Assembly (NCBI GenBank): GCA_963708075.1
Contig: OY970194.1
Location: forward strand, 7,328,001 to 7,392,000
DNA: 64,000 nt
Reading direction: 5' to 3'
From: Sedimentisphaerales bacterium
Lineage (GTDB): Bacteria; Planctomycetota; Phycisphaerae; Sedimentisphaerales; Anaerobacaceae
Under the pieces are notes generated by a model. It made no database searches. It saw only the letters and a program-made list of their open reading frames with translations, and had not been told where the DNA came from. Below are positions 59,476 to 64,000 of the stretch, piece after piece; positions within the stretch are counted from its first letter, which is position 1, and each line of letters begins with the position of its first letter. The translations under genes were made by a program, and so were the position numbers.

Positions 59476-62400
59476 ATGATGCGTGGATCAAAAGAGGTCC
59501 CCATTTCCCTCGTGATGTTCATTCTTGGCCTGACGTGTCTTCAGGGGGGTGGTCTCAGGGCCCAGGGTGACGGGCCACCGGTCGTTATCAACGAATTCCT
59601 CGCCTCCAATTCGGGCGATAGATACTTGGACCCGCAGGGTGAGCCGGCCGACTGGGTCGAGCTGTACAACCCGGCAGAGACGCCCATCGATGTCGCAGGG
59701 TGCTACCTGACGGACAACCTGAGTGCGCCCACGAAATGGCAGATTCCCACGGGTAGAGGGGGTGAAACGACCATCCCACCCCACGGGTACCTGCTGATCT
59801 GGGCCGACAAGGACGTGACGGACCCGGGGCTGCATGCCGACTTTTCGCTGGACGCCGATGGGGAGGACCTCGCGGTGTTCGACAACGATGGCGTGACACT
59901 GATTGACAGCGTGACATTCGATCAGCAGATGACGGACGTTTCCTATGGCCGCTTCCCCGACGGCAGCGAGAGCTGGTCCCAGATGACGTTTCCCTCCCCG
60001 GGCCTGGCGAACTTCCGGATCTACCAGGGCTTTGTCAAGGAGCCGAAGTTCAGCTTCGACCATGGCTTCTACGATCGGGAGATTTCCGTCACGATCACCT
60101 GCGAGACCGAAGGGGCGATGATTTACTACACGACCGACGGTACGGACCCGTACTCGGCCACCGCTGCCCGGCCCAGCGCCACGGCGATGGTATACAACGC
60201 GCCGGTGCGGATCAACAGGACCACGTGCCTGCGGGCCAGCGGCATCAAGATCGGCTGGTACGCCTCCCCGATTGAGACGCGCACCTACATCTTCATCGCC
60301 GATGTGATCAAGCAGTCGCCAACGGGAGCATATCCCGGGCGTGGCTGGCCTACCGGCAGCGTCAATGGACAGTCGATAGACTACGGGATGGACCCGGACG
60401 TGGTGAACGATCCGCGATACAAGGATCTGATGGATGACGCACTGCTGGCGATCCCCTCGATCTCTCTCGTGACCGATCCGGCGAATCTCTTCGACTCACA
60501 GAAGGGCATCTACGTCAACGCGCGCATGCAGGGAGAGGCGTGGGAGCGGCCGGTCTCGGTCGAGCTGATTCATCCCGACGACACGGAAGGATTCCAGATC
60601 GACGCCGGCCTGCGGATCCGCGGCGGATACAGCCGCAGCGGCAGCAACCCGAAACATGCGTTTCGCCTGTTCTTCCGCACGGAATATGGTGCATCTACCC
60701 TCAAGTATCCGCTCTTCGGCGATGAGGGTGTCGAGGAGTTCGACGCGATTGACCTGCGGACCAGCCAGAACTACTCCTGGAGTTACGAAGGCGACAGCAG
60801 CCCTCATGACACGTTCGTGCGCGAGGTCTTCTCCCGTGACACCCAGCGCGACATGGGCCAGCCCTACACACGAAGCCGATACTATCATCTCTACATTGAC
60901 GGTCAATATTGGGGCCTTTTTCAGACGCAGGAGCGTTCCGAAGCATCCTACGCCGAGTCGTATTTCGGGCCGGCCCGGGAGGACTACGACATTGTCAAGT
61001 CTCGCGCCGGCAATGGCGGCTACGACGTCGAGGCGACCGACGGCACGCTCGACGCCTGGCGGCGGCTCTGGGACGCGTCCATCGCGGGCTTCAACAACGA
61101 TGCGACGTACTATCGCGTCCAGGGCCTCAACCCGGATGGCACTCCGAACCCGGCCTATGAGAAGCTTCTCGACGTGGACAACCTCATCGATTATATGCTG
61201 TGCACGTACTATGTCGGCGATCCGGACGGCCCGGTCAGCGCCTGGGCCCTGGTCTGCAATAACTTCTATGGCATCTACAATCGCGTCCAGCCCGATGGTT
61301 TCAAGCTCTTCCGGCACGATGCGGAGCACTCCCTGTACGATCCGCAGGAATCGCGCCTGTTTGCGGCATCGACAGTCCGCGTGGGCCAGCAGTTCAACCA
61401 GTCCAATCCCTTGTGGATGCACACGCACCTGATCCTCCATCCCGAGTATCGCATGCGGTTCGCGGACCGCGTGTACGAGTACTTTTTCAACGACGGTCTT
61501 CTGACCCCGGACCAGTGCATCGATCGCTTCATGGCCAGGGCCGAGCAGATCGACATGCCGATCATCGGCGAATCGGCGCGGTGGGGCGACGCCAAGCGTT
61601 CCAAGCCGCGCACGAAGGACGATGACTGGCTGCCGGACATCAATGGGATGGTGCAGGATTACTTCCCGCGGCGGACGACGGTTGTGCTCAATCAGTTCAA
61701 ATCGCAGGGCTGGTACCCGAATGTGGACCCGCCGACACTCACTCCTGGCGGCGGCTATGTAACGACCGGTTCCGCCGTGCAGATGCAATCCTCGCGAGAC
61801 ATTTACTATACGCTCGATGGCGCCGATCCGCGGTTGCCCGAAAAGGCCGGCGCCGCCATGCCGGCAGGGCAGACGATTGTTGCCGAAAATGCGGCGAAAC
61901 GCGTCCTGGTGCCAACGGGGCCGGTCGATGACGCGTGGAGAACGAATATAGACTTCTCCGATGCTTCGTGGATCAGCGGGGCCGGTGGTGTCGGCTATGA
62001 ACGAGGCTCCGGGTATGAGTCCTATTTCAGCATCGACCTTCGCGCTCAGATGTACAATGTGAACGCAGGCTGCTACATCCGCGTTCCCTTCACGATCAGC
62101 GCACAGGATCTCGCCAGCCTTACCAGCCTGACGCTGAGGGTTCGATACGATGACGGCTTCATCGCCTACCTCAACGGCGTCGAGGTCCGGCGGGACATGT
62201 TCAACGGCACACCCGCCTGGAACTCGAGGGCCACCGGCAACCATGATGAAGAGGACGCCGTGACCCTGATGCCCTTCGATCTCACCGGCCACATCGACAA
62301 GCTGCACGCGGGCACGAACCTGCTCGCCATTCATGGCTTGAATTACTCCACCTCAAGCTCCGACTTCCTGATTTCCTTCGATCTGGTCGGTGAGAAGGCA

Positions 62401-64000
62401 TCCACAGGCGGCCCTGCCACGCCGGTCGGCGTGTCTCCTGCCGCAGTCAAGTACACCGGACCGGTGACACTGAACAAGAGCATGCACATCAAAGCTCGTA
62501 CACGCAGCGGCAGCACGTGGAGTGCGTTGAATGAGGCGGTCTTTGCGGTCGGGCCGGTGGCTGAGAACCTGCGGATCAGCGAGATCATGTTCCATCCGAT
62601 GGATACCGGCAATCCCGATGATCCCAATACCGAGTTCATCGAGCTGACCAATATCGGCAGTTCAACGATCAATCTGAGCCTCGTGTCGTTCTCCAACGGC
62701 GTCGATTTCACCTTCCCCAGCTATGACCTGGCCGCCGGACGCTACTGTGTCGTGGTCAGAGATAGGACAGCCTTCCAGGCCAAGTACGGCTCCAGTTTGC
62801 CTGTGGCCGGCCAGTATGCGGGCAATCTGAACAATGCGGGCGAGCGGATCGAATTGCTCGATGCCGCGGGAACGATCATTCACGATTTCCGCTTCGAAGA
62901 CAACTGGTTCGATATCGCCGACGGGCTGGGCTTCTCGCTGACAGTGAAAGCCCCCGGGACGGCGGACCCGAACGGCTATGACGATAAGAGCCTGTGGCGG
63001 CCCAGCGCCAAGGCGGGCGGCTCGCCCGGTACTGACGACAGCGGCCAGGTGCCTGCCCTTGGCTCAGTAGTCATCAACGAGCTTTTGGCCAACTCCGGGC
63101 AGGAGTCCGACTGGATCGAGCTGCACAATACGACCGGTCAGGCGATCAACATCGGCGGCTGGTATCTCAGCGATGACGCCAACGATCTGACCAAGTACAA
63201 AATCGGTGCGGGTACGAGCCTTGCGGCCAATGGATATCTCGTGTTCTACGAGAATCGCCACTTCGGCAACAAATCCGATCCCGGCTGCAAGAAGGAATTT
63301 GGCCTGCGTGCGAGCGGTGAGACGGTGTACCTGCACTCGGGCTCCGCAGGCGTGCTGACCGGCTATAGCGAGCAGGAGAAATTCGACGCCTCGGAAGCAG
63401 GCGTAACTCTGGGCCGCTATGAAAAGAGCACGGGCACATACAACTTTGTGGCCCTGATCAACGCCACGTCAGGTGCGGCTAATGCCGCTGCGAAGGTGGG
63501 TCCAATTGTGATCAATGAGATCATGTACCATCCGGATGCAGTTGCCGACGCGGAGTACGTGGAGCTACTCAATACCAGCGGCAGTTCTGTAACGCTGTAC
63601 GATGCAGTGGAGCAAGCTCCCTGGCGGTTCAGCGACGACGCGGGGATTGAGTTTCTGTTTCCCACGGACCCGCCCATGACGCTCGCGGCGGGCGAGTACC
63701 TGCTGCTGGTGAAGGATCTGAGCTCCTTCAGCGCCAAGTACACGCCTGCGGCAGGGGTGAAGATCTTCGCCTGGGGCGCCGGCAATCTGGCCAATGGCAG
63801 CGAGAAGATTCAGCTCAGTAAGCCCGGCGAGGCCGATGCCGACGGCGTGCACGACTGGATTCGCGTGGACCGGGTGGTCTACAGCGACGGCTCGCATCCG
63901 CAGGATTTCCCGGGCGGGACTGACGCGTGGCCGACGAAAGCGGACGGCCAGGGCTCGTCCCTGAGCCGGACCACGCCGGCCGGCTATGGCAATGACGCCG
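59476..64000 (+). CDS. Large secreted LTD/CotH kinase protein, 3'-truncated and missing from the ORF track
   Basis: Spot-translated by hand in frame 1: MMRGSK..PVVINEFLASN..DWVELYN, WERPVSVELI, GLRIRGGYSR, GQYWGLF, NNFY..HDAEH, then further LTDs (EIMFHP, VINELLAN, INEIMYHP). All motifs stay in frame up to the window end. Confidence 0.9.
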   Translation, partial: MMRGSKEVPISLVMFILGLTCLQGGGLRAQGDGPPVVINEFLASNSGDRYLDPQGEPADWVELYNPAETPIDVAGCYLTDNLSAPTKWQIPTGRGGETTIPPHGYLLIWADKDVTDPGLHADFSLDADGEDLAVFDNDGVTLIDSVTFDQQMTDVSYGRFPDGSESWSQMTFPSPGLANFRIYQGFVKEPKFSFDHGFYDREISVTITCETEGAMIYYTTDGTDPYSATAARPSATAMVYNAPVRINRTTCLRASGIKIGWYASPIETRTYIFIADVIKQSPTGAYPGRGWPTGSVNGQSIDYGMDPDVVNDPRYKDLMDDALLAIPSISLVTDPANLFDSQKGIYVNARMQGEAWERPVSVELIHPDDTEGFQIDAGLRIRGGYSRSGSNPKHAFRLFFRTEYGASTLKYPLFGDEGVEEFDAIDLRTSQNYSWSYEGDSSPHDTFVREVFSRDTQRDMGQPYTRSRYYHLYIDGQYWGLFQTQERSEASYAESYFGPAREDYDIVKSRAGNGGYDVEATDGTLDAWRRLWDASIAGFNNDATYYRVQGLNPDGTPNPAYEKLLDVDNLIDYMLCTYYVGDPDGPVSAWALVCNNFYGIYNRVQPDGFKLFRHDAEHSLYDPQESRLFAASTVRVGQQFNQSNPLWMHTHLILHPEYRMRFADRVYEYFFNDGLLTPDQCIDRFMARAEQIDMPIIGESARWGDAKRSKPRTKDDDWLPDINGMVQDYFPRRTTVVLNQFKSQGWYPNVDPPTLTPGGGYVTTGSAVQMQSSRDIYYTLDGADPRLPEKAGAAMPAGQTIVAENAAKRVLVPTGPVDDAWRTNIDFSDASWISGAGGVGYERGSGYESYFSIDLRAQMYNVNAGCYIRVPFTISAQDLASLTSLTLRVRYDDGFIAYLNGVEVRRDMFNGTPAWNSRATGNHDEEDAVTLMPFDLTGHIDKLHAGTNLLAIHGLNYSTSSSDFLISFDLVGEKASTGGPATPVGVSPAAVKYTGPVTLNKSMHIKARTRSGSTWSALNEAVFAVGPVAENLRISEIMFHPMDTGNPDDPNTEFIELTNIGSSTINLSLVSFSNGVDFTFPSYDLAAGRYCVVVRDRTAFQAKYGSSLPVAGQYAGNLNNAGERIELLDAAGTIIHDFRFEDNWFDIADGLGFSLTVKAPGTADPNGYDDKSLWRPSAKAGGSPGTDDSGQVPALGSVVINELLANSGQESDWIELHNTTGQAINIGGWYLSDDANDLTKYKIGAGTSLAANGYLVFYENRHFGNKSDPGCKKEFGLRASGETVYLHSGSAGVLTGYSEQEKFDASEAGVTLGRYEKSTGTYNFVALINATSGAANAAAKVGPIVINEIMYHPDAVADAEYVELLNTSGSSVTLYDAVEQAPWRFSDDAGIEFLFPTDPPMTLAAGEYLLLVKDLSSFSAKYTPAAGVKIFAWGAGNLANGSEKIQLSKPGEADADGVHDWIRVDRVVYSDGSHPQDFPGGTDAWPTKADGQGSSLSRTTPAGYGNDA

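Noticed and set aside
59488..63897. Minus-strand ORFs such as 60496..62334 (612 aa)
   Set aside because: These are antisense shadows of the plus-strand LTD/CotH gene, which the track missed because it has no stop codon in the window.

Overview
GC-rich bacterial chromosomal segment. The secreted multidomain proteins (LTD-CotH, LamG fusions, beta-helix proteins) and the sugar catabolism genes suggest Planctomycetota, probably Phycisphaerae/Sedimentisphaerales-like; this is an inference. In order, the window holds: a 5'-truncated surface repeat/beta-helix protein, a guanylate-kinase-like gene, mgtA, and a phosphate cluster (pstS-C-A-B-B-phoU divergent from DUF47-pit, plus a porin) with two matching 4x11-bp Pho-box-like arrays. 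It then holds an LTD/CotH protein, a cold-shock protein, an orphan PAS histidine kinase, an S8 protease, carbohydrate uptake and catabolism genes (GntP, SSS, two GH130, DUF5060-like, TIM-barrel isomerases, Gfo/Idh/MocA, enolase-superfamily, RraA-like), a rhomboid, and a second 3'-truncated LTD/CotH gene absent from the ORF track. The most striking gene encodes a 1555-aa secreted LamG-fused thioester protein with metazoan TEP/CD109/complement-type motifs (GCGEQ and a His 115 residues later). Also notable are a secreted beta-helix/phosphotriesterase fusion, several families of small palindromic repeats, and three single-base frameshifts that are probably assembly errors. No rRNA, tRNA, CRISPR array or transposase was seen. 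All family assignments come from motif recognition by eye; no database searches were run.
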